A stretch of DNA of 64,000 bases from an uncultured delta proteobacterium. Its GTDB lineage: Bacteria > Myxococcota_A > Polyangia > Polyangiales > Polyangiaceae. The position numbers were made by a program, and so were the translations under genes. The stretch spans positions 1 to 64,000 of the forward strand of contig CAWJCS010000003.1 in assembly GCA_963841435.1 (NCBI GenBank), given 5' to 3'. Positions 8,784-17,962 of the stretch are shown piece by piece. The first letter of the stretch is position 1; each line of letters opens with the position of its first letter. The notes below the pieces were generated by a model that searched no databases, was not told where the DNA came from, and saw only the letters and a program-made list of their open reading frames with translations.

Positions 8784-9112
8784 GCAGGACCTGCACCGAC
8801 GACGCGCCCGCTCGGATGGAGCCCGGAAAAGCCCCGCCGGTCACCTTGCAGCAGGGTGAGGGCCGTCGCGCTCCCGAGGCCCGCGCGGGAGCGAGGGGCC
8901 CGCGGGGGCCGAGCCGTGCGTGGTGGGGCGGGCGGGAAGCGGCCTTGAGCCGATACGTTGGGAGGTCGGGCTAACCCCCCGCTGAGCAGCGGCGGCGCAG
9001 GACGGTGAGCACGGCGTGCAGCGATGACGAAGACGACGAGCGCAGAGCCGAGCTCGCCGCCGTCTGCTCAAGCGGCGGTGTTGGCCGACGGTGGCGGACT
9101 GCGCAGCGAGCA

Positions 9113-9414
9113 TCATCGCTCGGAATCTTCAGCGATGACGGCCCGCAGCCGCTCGACCACCCCCGCCAGCTCACGCATCACGGCCTCGGCTTCGACATGG
9201 ACCACCCGGTACCCCAGCCGCCCTAGCCTCTCATCCCGCCGCGCATCCGCAGCGCCACGATGCTCATGCGCGCTTCCATCCACCTCCACGACCAGCTTGA
9301 GCGCCGACGCGAGAAAGTCCACGATGTAGCGGTGACCCACGGGCACCTGCCTGCGGAAGGCAACGCCGAGCTTGTTGCCGGAGAGCTCCTGCCAAAGGCG
9401 GGCTTCCGCGACCT
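9113..9414 (-). pseudogene. 5'-truncated DUF559 endonuclease (repeat copy 2)
   Basis: Near-identical to 2992-3363. The frame opens just after a TGA at QVAEARLWQELSGNKLG, so the N-terminal ~25 aa are missing. Confidence 0.75.
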
Positions 9415-9464
9415 GTCAGCACGCAGCACCCTGCATGAGCTCGTCGTAGCCGGCAGGGATCCCC

Positions 9465-11009
9465 CTAACGCTCGTCCGCCCCGATGTCCGGCTTTCCGTC
9501 TGCGCGCGGCTCGCCGTCGATGTCGTCGCTCACGTCGGGAAGCACAACACCCTGGTCGATGGCCGACGTGGCACCGCTCACGAGGTGCAGGTCGTGGCCC
9601 GCGACGTCGGCGAAGAGAGCGTCGCTCGCACCTTCGAGATTCGAGTTGCCCGTCGCGGTCGAGCCGTCTCGGGCGCGGATGGTCCGGACGAGGTTGTTCT
9701 CGAGCGTGACCACGCTGTTCGCGAAGCGGTGCGAGATGGAGGCGAAGGCCGTGTCCGGGTGGATTACGGTGTTGTTGAGGACGCGCGCGCCGAGGGCCTG
9801 CTCGAGCTCGATGCCGGTGTCGAAGAACTCGAAGCCCGGGGTGATGGCGATGACGTTGTTGCGAATGGTGCCGTCGTAGTGGCCGACGTAGCCGACCCCG
9901 GGGTAGGGGTTGGCGGCGTAGTCGCAATCGGGATCGGCGCCGCCCCCGTCGCCGAGGCCGAAGCCAATGCCGCGGGCGCAATCGATGATGGTGTTGCGCT
10001 CAACGAGCGTGTCGCGCGACGCGGTCCAGAAGTGGATGGCGTGCTCGGCGAGCGAGCCGTTCTCGCAGTGTATGCCGACGAAGGCGTTGTCCCGGACGAC
10101 CCAGCCCTGCGCCTGATGCCCGTCGATGCCGCCCGTGTAACAGCCGCCGGGATCGGGCACGACATGGGGCCGGCCGGCGTCCGTCATCTCGAACAGCGAG
10201 CACGACACGGTGCCGTCGTCCGTGTAGGTGTTCGGGGTCGCCCCGCTCGTGTTGATCTTCACGAACTGCTCGCCGCCGTCCACCAGGTGCAGATCGTGGA
10301 GAACGATGCCCGTCGTGTCCCCGTCGGGGGCGCCGGTCACGTGGATGAGGTGGTCGATGGCCCGCTCCACGCTGAGGTGTGCGATCGTCACGTCGCTCGC
10401 GACGACGGTGATGACCTCTTGCGTCTCGTACTCGCCATCGATGACGACCGCATCGCGGTCCCCCGAGGCGCCGCGCAGCGTCACCCCGTCCGAGACGATC
10501 TGGATACGCCGCTCCGCCTCGCTGCCGCCCGTCATGCGATACGTGCCGTCGGCGAGCAGGATCGTCGTCCCGGCGGGCGCTTCGCGCACGATGCCGGGCA
10601 GCTCGTCGGCTTGATCGACGTTGACCTCGATGACGTTGCCGGTCGGTGCCGGTAGCTCCGCGCACGCCGCACCTTCGTGCGTACCGGCTCCGCCGAGACC
10701 CCCGCTTCCGCCGCCACCGGTGCCCGACGTGGGCCCGCCGCCCTCGGGACTGCCCGCCTCACCGCTCCTGCCTCCGTTGCCGCCGGTTCCCTGCCCTTCG
10801 CCCCCGCTGCTCGCGCCGCCGCGGCCGCCCGGCGCACCGCCGGTGGCGGTGGAGCTTCCGGCGCTGCCCCCGCTTTGACCACCACCTCCCGCTGGCGAGC
10901 CGGCGCTGCCCGCACTGTTTCCGACCCTGGCGCTGCCGCCTGAGCCGCTTTCACCGCATCCGAGTGTGAGCGCGAGAGCCAGGGAGAGCGCGGGGCGTGG
11001 GAGCCGCAT
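9465..11009 (-). CDS. Lipoprotein with Gly-rich linker and right-handed parallel beta-helix (pectin-lyase-like) domain
   Basis: TLGC lipobox; GTTILLADGTY; repeated N-ladder strands; C-terminal DIDGEPR...DIGADE motif. Confidence 0.85.
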   Translation of the reverse strand: MRLPRPALSLALALTLGCGESGSGGSARVGNSAGSAGSPAGGGGQSGGSAGSSTATGGAPGGRGGASSGGEGQGTGGNGGRSGEAGSPEGGGPTSGTGGGGSGGLGGAGTHEGAACAELPAPTGNVIEVNVDQADELPGIVREAPAGTTILLADGTYRMTGGSEAERRIQIVSDGVTLRGASGDRDAVVIDGEYETQEVITVVASDVTIAHLSVERAIDHLIHVTGAPDGDTTGIVLHDLHLVDGGEQFVKINTSGATPNTYTDDGTVSCSLFEMTDAGRPHVVPDPGGCYTGGIDGHQAQGWVVRDNAFVGIHCENGSLAEHAIHFWTASRDTLVERNTIIDCARGIGFGLGDGGGADPDCDYAANPYPGVGYVGHYDGTIRNNVIAITPGFEFFDTGIELEQALGARVLNNTVIHPDTAFASISHRFANSVVTLENNLVRTIRARDGSTATGNSNLEGASDALFADVAGHDLHLVSGATSAIDQGVVLPDVSDDIDGEPRADGKPDIGADER

Positions 11010-11100
11010 GGGTCACCATACAGAATATCACGGCGCGGGCGACGCGGCCGCACGTTACAGACCAAAGAAAAACAGGCAGCACCGCGCCCGCGCTCGTCGC

Positions 11101-11685
11101 TCAAAAACCGATGCCGACCGAAACGATCAATCCGTGCAGCGTCTCGTCGACGACCACGATGTCGTAGCGGGTGTCAACGGCGAAGCCAAAACCCTTGCCC
11201 AGGTAGAGGAAGGTCAACCCCGGTCCGAGCGAAAGCTTCGGCCCCGAAACATCGGCGCAAACGGCCTCCGTCGCGACCTTGTAGGTGCATGTCACGTTGA
11301 CGGACGCCATGCCAACGTCGCCCTTGAGCCTCAAGACGAAGGCGTCGCCGAGACCGAGATCGTAGCCACCTTCCGCGAAGAGCTCCCAAAGGTTCACGCT
11401 CACGTCGGTATCGGGAGAAGTCTCTTTGCTACCGAAGAAGTACTCGAATCGTGCACCGAGGTAGACGCCCGCCGGTAGCGTGTACCCGACACCGAGGCCC
11501 AACCCCGGTCCCCACGGGTTCAGCTGACCATCGAGGTCGAACCCGTACTGGAACCCGCCGCTCGGCTGGATCGTGTTCGCTGTCGCGGGCTGCGCGCTCG
11601 CTGGACGCGGCAGCGTCACCCACGCGGCCGCCACGAGCATGGCGCCCCACTTCAATACGCTTCGCGTAGCTCTCCTCCGTTCCAT
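11101..11685 (-). CDS. Outer-membrane beta-barrel protein
   Basis: Signal peptide ending ASA-Q, alternating beta strands, terminal Phe (VGIGF); RBS ggagagagg. Confidence 0.75.
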   Translation of the reverse strand: MERRRATRSVLKWGAMLVAAAWVTLPRPASAQPATANTIQPSGGFQYGFDLDGQLNPWGPGLGLGVGYTLPAGVYLGARFEYFFGSKETSPDTDVSVNLWELFAEGGYDLGLGDAFVLRLKGDVGMASVNVTCTYKVATEAVCADVSGPKLSLGPGLTFLYLGKGFGFAVDTRYDIVVVDETLHGLIVSVGIGF

Positions 11686-11960
11686 CGTGGCCCTCTCTCC
11701 GTGGAGCATTCCACCCCGGTCGGCTCCCCGTCAACGGCGCGCCATCCCTCGCCTCGAACGAGGCAGATATCGCCAGCGGTCCGGTCCGCAGGCTAATCGC
11801 CTGAAGATCGCGCGACGCCCCGATTCTGTCAAAAATCGCGCGCGCTCCCACCGAGCGAAACGCCGTGCGTGGCCTCCGCCACGTCCTTGAACCAGCCGAA
11901 GGGGGTAGCTCGAGAGCAATGGCGGAAGACCCCGAGCACCGAGCCCATCTCACCGCCGTG

Positions 11961-12818
11961 CTACTGACCCTGCGCCACCGCGCGCAAGCTTGCCAGCAGA
12001 TCGTCGGCGAGCGATGAGCCATTGGACACGAAGAACGCGTCCGTACCGCCCGCCGTGGCAATCTGTTCGAGCACGGCCTCGGACGCACCGCTGAGACCGA
12101 TGACGTACGTCGTCACACCTTGCGCGTGAGCGTCGGCGGCGATCGAGGCGATGACACTGGGGTTCGTTTCGCACCCTACCGGCTCGCCGTCGGTGAAGAG
12201 CACGATCGCGGTCTTCTCGTCGGGGTGCGCTGCATGGTAGGCGGTCGCCCACGTTGCGGCGCCGGTCAGCGCCGCGGAAGTGGGGGTTTGTGGGTCCGGG
12301 GCGGGCGCTGCGGGACCCGGTGGAGCGGACGCGCCGATCGCTGCGACCAGCGCGGCTTCCTGCGCATCCGTCGGCGCCGGGTCCGCCGTCAGTCGCCCGA
12401 GATCGACCAAGGGCTTTGCGCACGCATCGGCATCACAATTCGGCTCGCCGATGGGTGGGGACTGGGTCGAATAGCCGTTGCACCCCGGCGTCGGCTCGTC
12501 GGACGGGAAGAAGCGCAGCGCCATCCCGAGGCCGGCGGAGCCAGGCTCTTCTACGAATTGCTGCAACGCGAGCGACGCGAGATCCCAGCGGCTCGGCCCG
12601 CCGTCGTCACAGGCGAGGCCGGTCGTGGCCACGTGCGTTAGGTCCGCACACTGCGTCATCGACCACGAGCGGTCGAACATGACGAACAGCGCGACCGACT
12701 CGAGCCCGCCGCCACCCACACCACCCGAGCCTGCGCCCGCGCCCGCGCCGCCACTCGCCCCTCCCGCAGCGCTCACGCCCGCCGACCCGCTCACACCGGA
12801 CTCGCCACCTTCACCCAC
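11961..12818 (-). CDS. vWA-domain protein (N-terminus lacks a signal peptide; start uncertain)
   Basis: MIDAS DRSWSM, TPT, LFTDGEP; Gly-rich linker. Confidence 0.8.
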   Translation of the reverse strand: MGEGGESGVSGSAGVSAAGGASGGAGAGAGSGGVGGGGLESVALFVMFDRSWSMTQCADLTHVATTGLACDDGGPSRWDLASLALQQFVEEPGSAGLGMALRFFPSDEPTPGCNGYSTQSPPIGEPNCDADACAKPLVDLGRLTADPAPTDAQEAALVAAIGASAPPGPAAPAPDPQTPTSAALTGAATWATAYHAAHPDEKTAIVLFTDGEPVGCETNPSVIASIAADAHAQGVTTYVIGLSGASEAVLEQIATAGGTDAFFVSNGSSLADDLLASLRAVAQGQ

Positions 12819-12965
12819 GTTCGACGTGCCCGACTCACCCGAGGCCGCCGCTCCGGCACCGCCTCCGTCGCCCCCCGAGCTGACGAGCCCTGCGCTGCCC
12901 CGGCGCTCAAGTACCCTTTTCCTTTGGCCCTGGCCCGTTCGGCCCTGGCCCGACCGGTTCCTTCG

Positions 12966-14432
12966 TCACCGTCGCTCGGCGACCGGCTCGCCCGCGTCGC
13001 AGAGGAACGTTGCTGTGAGCGTCGCGTTGGGTTTCGAAAAGTCGTCGCAGGCCGTGCCTTCGAGGGTCAAATGGTGGCCGTCGCTTTCGAGCGACCAGCC
13101 GCGTGCAGTGGCACCGAACGGGAGCAGCGCGCCGTTCAGGCGAATTTCGCTGCGTGCGGGGTCGCCTGTCACGGCTAGGTCCAGCGCCACCGTGCAGAGG
13201 AGGGTTTGGTCGAGCGCTGCGATGACTTTCGCTGCAAAGTCAGCCGGGGTGTCGTCCTGGTCGAAGAGCAGCGGCGCCCCGATCGGAGCGGCAGTTTCGA
13301 CGTAGGCCGCGCGCAGGGTTCCCTGGTTGCATTGCTCGTACTTGAAGGCGCAGCTGCTCGAGGTGAAGTCGGCGCAGCCCGGAGCCGCCTGGACGGGCGC
13401 ACCAACGCCCGCGTTCGCGAGATCCTGCAGGTGGTCGGGGCCGCAGCGCGCCGAGCTGGGGCAGCCGGAGTTGGGGTTCAAGACGATGGAGCCGATGCCC
13501 GCAGCCAACAGGCCGATGCCCGCGGAGTAAGCATCTTGAGCCGCCTTGATCGCAACGTCTTGCCCACACATGGGATTGTAGAATTCGCAGGTGCTCGGGT
13601 TGCCGTCGGTCACGAGTAGCAGCCGCTTCGGTCCGGGCGGGTCGGGATCGAAGGCGGAAAGCACCGCTGCCGCTCGCGTGATCGCGTGTCCGGTGGGCGT
13701 TGACCAGAGGGGACGCTGGAGGGGCCATTGGATGGCGGAGTACTGAGCATCGATGGGCGATACGTTGTCGAGCGCCGCGGGGACCTCCGTCACCGTGGCG
13801 CAGGCTGGGTCGGTCTCCGTCCACGAAGACGAATCACCGTGGTAGGCGAAGAAGCCGAAGCGAATGCGGTCCGCGAGCGCGGGGACGACTCCGGCGGTCG
13901 GATCCATCATGGCGTCGTAGAGCAGCGACCACGCGGCCGGCGCCGTTTCGAACATGCTCGACGAGCTGTCGACCAGCAGCATCACCGTCGGTACCTCGGG
14001 CGGGAACGTGGCGGTGACGGGAGAGCATGCGCTTTGGTCCGCGCCCGCCTCGCCGCCGTCGTTCGCGCGACCCGCTTGCACGGCACCGGACCCCGCCTCG
14101 CCGCCCGTGCCGCTTCCGCCTTCGCCCGCCTCCGGGGCACCTCCGATTCCGGCAGCAGCGCTGCCTCCGTTTCCCGCGCTTCCCGCGCTTCCCGCGGCGC
14201 CCGATCTGCCGCCGCCGCCGCCCGCGCCCCCTCCCGCCTGAGCTCCGCCAGCTCCGCCAGTGCCACCACCGCTGTCGCCTGCCGCGCCCGCGCTCGTCGT
14301 TCCTGCCGACGCGCCCCGGCCGCCCGTCGAGCTGTCGCTTGCGGACGGCGTGCTGCAAGCTCCAGACAACGCGAGGCTCGCCGACACCAGGGCGGCGCAC
14401 GCGTGACGTTGCCCACTCTGCACCCTCATCAA
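12966..14432 (-). CDS. vWA-domain lipoprotein with Gly-rich linker
   Basis: SGAC lipobox; DSSSSM, TPTG, LVTDGNP; Cys-rich C-terminus. Confidence 0.85.
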   Translation of the reverse strand: MMRVQSGQRHACAALVSASLALSGACSTPSASDSSTGGRGASAGTTSAGAAGDSGGGTGGAGGAQAGGGAGGGGGRSGAAGSAGSAGNGGSAAAGIGGAPEAGEGGSGTGGEAGSGAVQAGRANDGGEAGADQSACSPVTATFPPEVPTVMLLVDSSSSMFETAPAAWSLLYDAMMDPTAGVVPALADRIRFGFFAYHGDSSSWTETDPACATVTEVPAALDNVSPIDAQYSAIQWPLQRPLWSTPTGHAITRAAAVLSAFDPDPPGPKRLLLVTDGNPSTCEFYNPMCGQDVAIKAAQDAYSAGIGLLAAGIGSIVLNPNSGCPSSARCGPDHLQDLANAGVGAPVQAAPGCADFTSSSCAFKYEQCNQGTLRAAYVETAAPIGAPLLFDQDDTPADFAAKVIAALDQTLLCTVALDLAVTGDPARSEIRLNGALLPFGATARGWSLESDGHHLTLEGTACDDFSKPNATLTATFLCDAGEPVAERR

Positions 14433-14462
14433 CCCGAAAGGTACGGCCGCCGTTCTCGGCGG

Positions 14463-14931
14463 TCAACGCTCAGCATCGGCGCGACCAGCGCCGAGCGCCT
14501 CGAGTGCCTCGACGTCGGCCAGGTCCTGCAGACGACCGACGGCTTTCTTGTTGGCGATGAGATCTTCGATGGCGATGAGCGGCACCGAAATGCCGTCTAA
14601 GCGTCACGGACCCCCGACGACCCCATGCGTCGTCGAACTCGACTCCCGGGATCTTCGTGAGCAGATCGACGCGGAAAGGCTCCCGACCGATCATGACGAT
14701 CGTATCGCCTTCGATGAACCGCAACGCTTCGAAATCCGGAAGTGGCGTTCCAAAATCGCCGAGTGCCAGGAGGATACGAGCACCGTTCTCCACCGTGGGC
14801 CTGACCCAGAGGTCCATGTCTTTGGTGAGGCGAGGGTAGCCGTGCGCGATGACCGCCTGGCCGCCGATCAGGAGGAAGTCAACGGAGCGGGCGGCGAGCG
14901 ACCTGAGCAGTTCGATCCAGTCGGGTAGCAT
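14463..14931 (-). CDS. Nucleotidyltransferase (DUF6036/AbiEii-like), +1 frameshift near 14599
   Basis: IGGQAV..HG.PR.T.D.D motif. Removing one base restores LDGISVPLIAIEDLIANKKAVGRLQDLADVEAL, with stop at 14463. Confidence 0.85.
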
Positions 14932-15076
14932 GGGGGAAGTAGTTTCTGACCCAGAACGCGTGGAGCTCTGCGCCGATCCTCAGCCGCTCTTCGGGCGACA
15001 TCCGAGCTCGTTCGCCGAGCTCGATCTCGCGCGCTTCTGCGTGGGTCGAGACGACTCGTACGGAGCGCTGGCTCAT
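14879..15076 (-). CDS. Small partner protein upstream of the nucleotidyltransferase
   Basis: 65 aa with MSPEERL motif; overlaps the NTase start, as in two-gene TA-like modules. Confidence 0.6.
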   Translation of the reverse strand: MSQRSVRVVSTHAEAREIELGERARMSPEERLRIGAELHAFWVRNYFPHATRLDRTAQVARRPLR

Positions 15077-15161
15077 CACTTTAGCGTAGCACCAAGCGTC
15101 GGCTACGGGTGAACGGCCGAAGACACGGCGCTCGTGGGGCGGGCTCGGTGCTCTATCCGGG

Positions 15162-16895
15162 CTACGGGTGGCCCGCGAGCTTTTGTTCGAAGACCTTGTA
15201 GAGCGAACGGTTGAGCTGGCGGTCCGTCGGGAGCGTGCCTTCGCCGAGGAAGAGGCCGAAGTTGTCTTCGTGGTAGTCGTGGTAGGTGAAGCTCAGGTGG
15301 TGAGCGAGCAAGAGGTCGAGCATGTCGGCCGTCCAGCGGTCGCCGCCGCGGTCTTCGTCGAAGGCGAAGTGGATGGCGCCGAATTCGCCGAGGAAGAGCG
15401 GCACCTTCTCACGCTTGCCCCACGCGAGGTAGGCGTTGAGCTCCTGCTCGAGGAAGGCGCGGCCGCGCGTGTGGACGGGGACTTTGGAGCGGAGAAAGTC
15501 GAGGCGGATTTTGCAGCTTGCCTCGGCGGGGATGCGCTCGCCTTTCATCCAGCCGCTCAGGCGGTACGTCTCGCCCTGCTTCGCGGGGAAGCGCAGGAAA
15601 TCCGCGCCGAGGTTGGCGTCGTCCGTCGTACCGGTGATGCTGAGCGATACCTTGTCGCCGTGGCCCTGGGGCTCGAGGGCGCGGCTGCCGTGCGGGCTCT
15701 TTTCCCAGAAGTACCAGCCGCGCAGCGTGTCGAGGTTCACGCGGTACAGCGTTTCGACGGGCTTTCCCTGTGCGTCGAGGCGCTCGAGCACGATGTCGTC
15801 GAAGTAGGCTTTGCCGGCCCCCGCGTGCACGCACGCGAGTGACGGTTTGCCGATGACGAGCGTCGGGTCCGTGACTTTGAAGGGGAGCCCTTCGTAGTAG
15901 CGCCAGTCGCTGTCGCCGGGCGGGAGCTTGGGGCTGTTGAACGACGCGCTGCCGAAGTCGGTCAGGAACCATTCGACCTCGGCGACCTTGTCGTCGGGGT
16001 AGCGCTGTTTTTCGGCCGCGAAGTCGACCCAGGGCGCGCTCTGATGCGTGAAGTGGAAGGGCTTGTAGAAGTGGAATTCGTAGACGACGTTCGGGTCGGA
16101 GACGCGAATGAAATTGCGGTCGGCATTCTCGCCGTAGTCGCTGCCCACGGCGTTCACGCGCTCGACGAAGAGGGCGTGGTTCGGGTCAACCTCGCGGATG
16201 GCGCGGATGGTGCGCTCGGCGAGCGATTTCCACTGGTCCGCGCTCTTTTCGACGACCGGCTCGTTCAGGAGGTCGAGGCCGGCGATGGTCGGCTCCTTCG
16301 CGTAGCGCGCGGCGATCGCACGCCAGAGCGCGATGAAACGCGCCTGCTTCGTGGCATCGTTCCAGAGCGCCTTGCCCTCGCCGTTCGATTGAAAGCCGCC
16401 CGGTGGGACGTGCATGTTGAGGACGAGATAGACGCCGTGCGCTTTGGCCCATGCGACGTTGTCGTCGAGCCATTTCCAGCCGTCCTCGAGCCAGGTGCCG
16501 GGCGCTTGGTCGGTCTCGAACGTCTTGTAGTTCATGTAGAAGCGCACGGCGTTCATGCCGAGCTTCGCGAGGCGCTCGTAGTCGCGCTCGTCGTGGTGGG
16601 TGCGCGGCATGCGATCGTCGAGCCACACGCGATTGCCGAACGCCATGCCGCGCAGCACGAGCGGCTGCCCGCCCGCATCGACGAGGTGGTCGCCTTCCAC
16701 GTGCGCCACCGCCGCCGTGGGCTTGGGCCGAGGGGCCATCGCTTCGGTGCCCGCGCCCGGCTCGGCGCCCGGACCCGGTTCGGCCCCCTTTGCGACCGGT
16801 GCCCCAGGAGCCACCGGTGCGGGTGGTTGCGGCTCGGTGCAGCCGAGGCTCGCGAAAACGACGGCCGAAAGCAAAGCGCGCGACGGAAAGCTCAT
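15162..16895 (-). CDS. Glycoside hydrolase family 5 lipoprotein with a CBM-like insertion
   Basis: SLGC lipobox; LGMNAVR, LNMH, LLNEP (acid/base), EFHFY, LGEFG (nucleophile). Confidence 0.9.
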   Translation of the reverse strand: MSFPSRALLSAVVFASLGCTEPQPPAPVAPGAPVAKGAEPGPGAEPGAGTEAMAPRPKPTAAVAHVEGDHLVDAGGQPLVLRGMAFGNRVWLDDRMPRTHHDERDYERLAKLGMNAVRFYMNYKTFETDQAPGTWLEDGWKWLDDNVAWAKAHGVYLVLNMHVPPGGFQSNGEGKALWNDATKQARFIALWRAIAARYAKEPTIAGLDLLNEPVVEKSADQWKSLAERTIRAIREVDPNHALFVERVNAVGSDYGENADRNFIRVSDPNVVYEFHFYKPFHFTHQSAPWVDFAAEKQRYPDDKVAEVEWFLTDFGSASFNSPKLPPGDSDWRYYEGLPFKVTDPTLVIGKPSLACVHAGAGKAYFDDIVLERLDAQGKPVETLYRVNLDTLRGWYFWEKSPHGSRALEPQGHGDKVSLSITGTTDDANLGADFLRFPAKQGETYRLSGWMKGERIPAEASCKIRLDFLRSKVPVHTRGRAFLEQELNAYLAWGKREKVPLFLGEFGAIHFAFDEDRGGDRWTADMLDLLLAHHLSFTYHDYHEDNFGLFLGEGTLPTDRQLNRSLYKVFEQKLAGHP

Positions 16896-16954
16896 GGGAC
16901 GTTCATTGCCGGATCCGGGCGGTTCGATCGACAAAAATCCGCCCGAGGCGTTCG

Positions 16955-17179
16955 CTACCTGAGCCGGCCCTGGAGCGACACGGCCGAGCACGCCATCATC
17001 GTTGCTTCGCGGAGCAGGCGAAGCGCGGTCGTACGATCGGTCAACGCCGGAACGTGCTCGAGCAGCAGCTGGGCGAACTGCTTCGCTCCGTCGTGGATCA
17101 AGCGAAAATGCTCGAGCTGCTCGGCCGAAGCATGGTGATGTGAAAAAACGTACTCGGGGTCGAAGTCGGCTTGAGTCAT
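16955..17179 (-). CDS. Small helical-hairpin protein resembling the Acb2/Tad1 hairpin family
   Basis: F-S-H-H..EQ...F..I...AK.FA..L...VP...DRT.ALR.LREA.M.A..AV pattern, recognised by eye. Confidence 0.6.
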   Translation of the reverse strand: MTQADFDPEYVFSHHHASAEQLEHFRLIHDGAKQFAQLLLEHVPALTDRTTALRLLREATMMACSAVSLQGRLR

Positions 17180-17259
17180 CGTCGGTCAGATAGCGTTTGC
17201 CGCCGAGGCGCGGGAATCAAGCGCCATGGCGATCTGCCGCGTCAAAACCGAGGCAAGCG

Positions 17260-17946
17260 TCACGCTCCGGGTGGCTCGGGGGCCTTTTCGCGGGCTCGGT
17301 CGAAGTGGCGGAGCGTGAGGACGAGCGCGAGCGACGAGGCGAGCAGGGCCGCGAGCATCTTCCAGGCGTGCGGCTGGAGTGAGCCCGTGGCATCGAACAT
17401 TTCGGAGCCCATGTAGCTCACGAGCAGGAGCGGCGGGACGTAGCCGAGCAGCGAGGCCCAGAAGTGAGTCCAGAAGCTCACCCCCGAGACGCCGAGGAAG
17501 GCGTGCAGCACCTGCGGCATCCAGAAGATCAGGCGCAGGGTGAACACGGTGCGGAAGGCACTTCGAGCGAGCGCCTGCTCGTATTTTTTGAAGCGCGCGG
17601 GGACGCGAGCGACCACCCAGTCGCGAGCGACGAAGCGCGCGAACGAGAAGCCGATCACGCTCGCTGCCATCGTGCCGACCATCGAGAGCGCGAACGCCAC
17701 TGGCCAGGGCCAGATGAGGGGAGCTGCCACGATGAACACCGTGCCCGGCACGCCGAACGGCTGGAAAATCGCATACGCGAGCACGAAACCCGCGTAGCCC
17801 CAGGCACCGAGCCCGACGACGGCACGCGCGAAGCTCCTGGGATCGGAAACGTCGGCGAAGGCGCCCGAGCGCGACGCGAGCACGAGCGCGCCGAGCACGA
17901 AGAAGAGGACGGCGAGCTTTGCGGCGCGGAGCGTGCGAAGTGTCAC
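17260..17946 (-). CDS. TVP38/TMEM64 (DedA/VTT) membrane protein
   Basis: Multiple TM segments; GVPG, GTMAAS..GF..AR, LRL, S.VSF..F.AS motifs. Confidence 0.88.
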   Translation of the reverse strand: MTLRTLRAAKLAVLFFVLGALVLASRSGAFADVSDPRSFARAVVGLGAWGYAGFVLAYAIFQPFGVPGTVFIVAAPLIWPWPVAFALSMVGTMAASVIGFSFARFVARDWVVARVPARFKKYEQALARSAFRTVFTLRLIFWMPQVLHAFLGVSGVSFWTHFWASLLGYVPPLLLVSYMGSEMFDATGSLQPHAWKMLAALLASSLALVLTLRHFDRAREKAPEPPGA

Positions 17947-17962
17947 GAAGGAGGGCTACACC

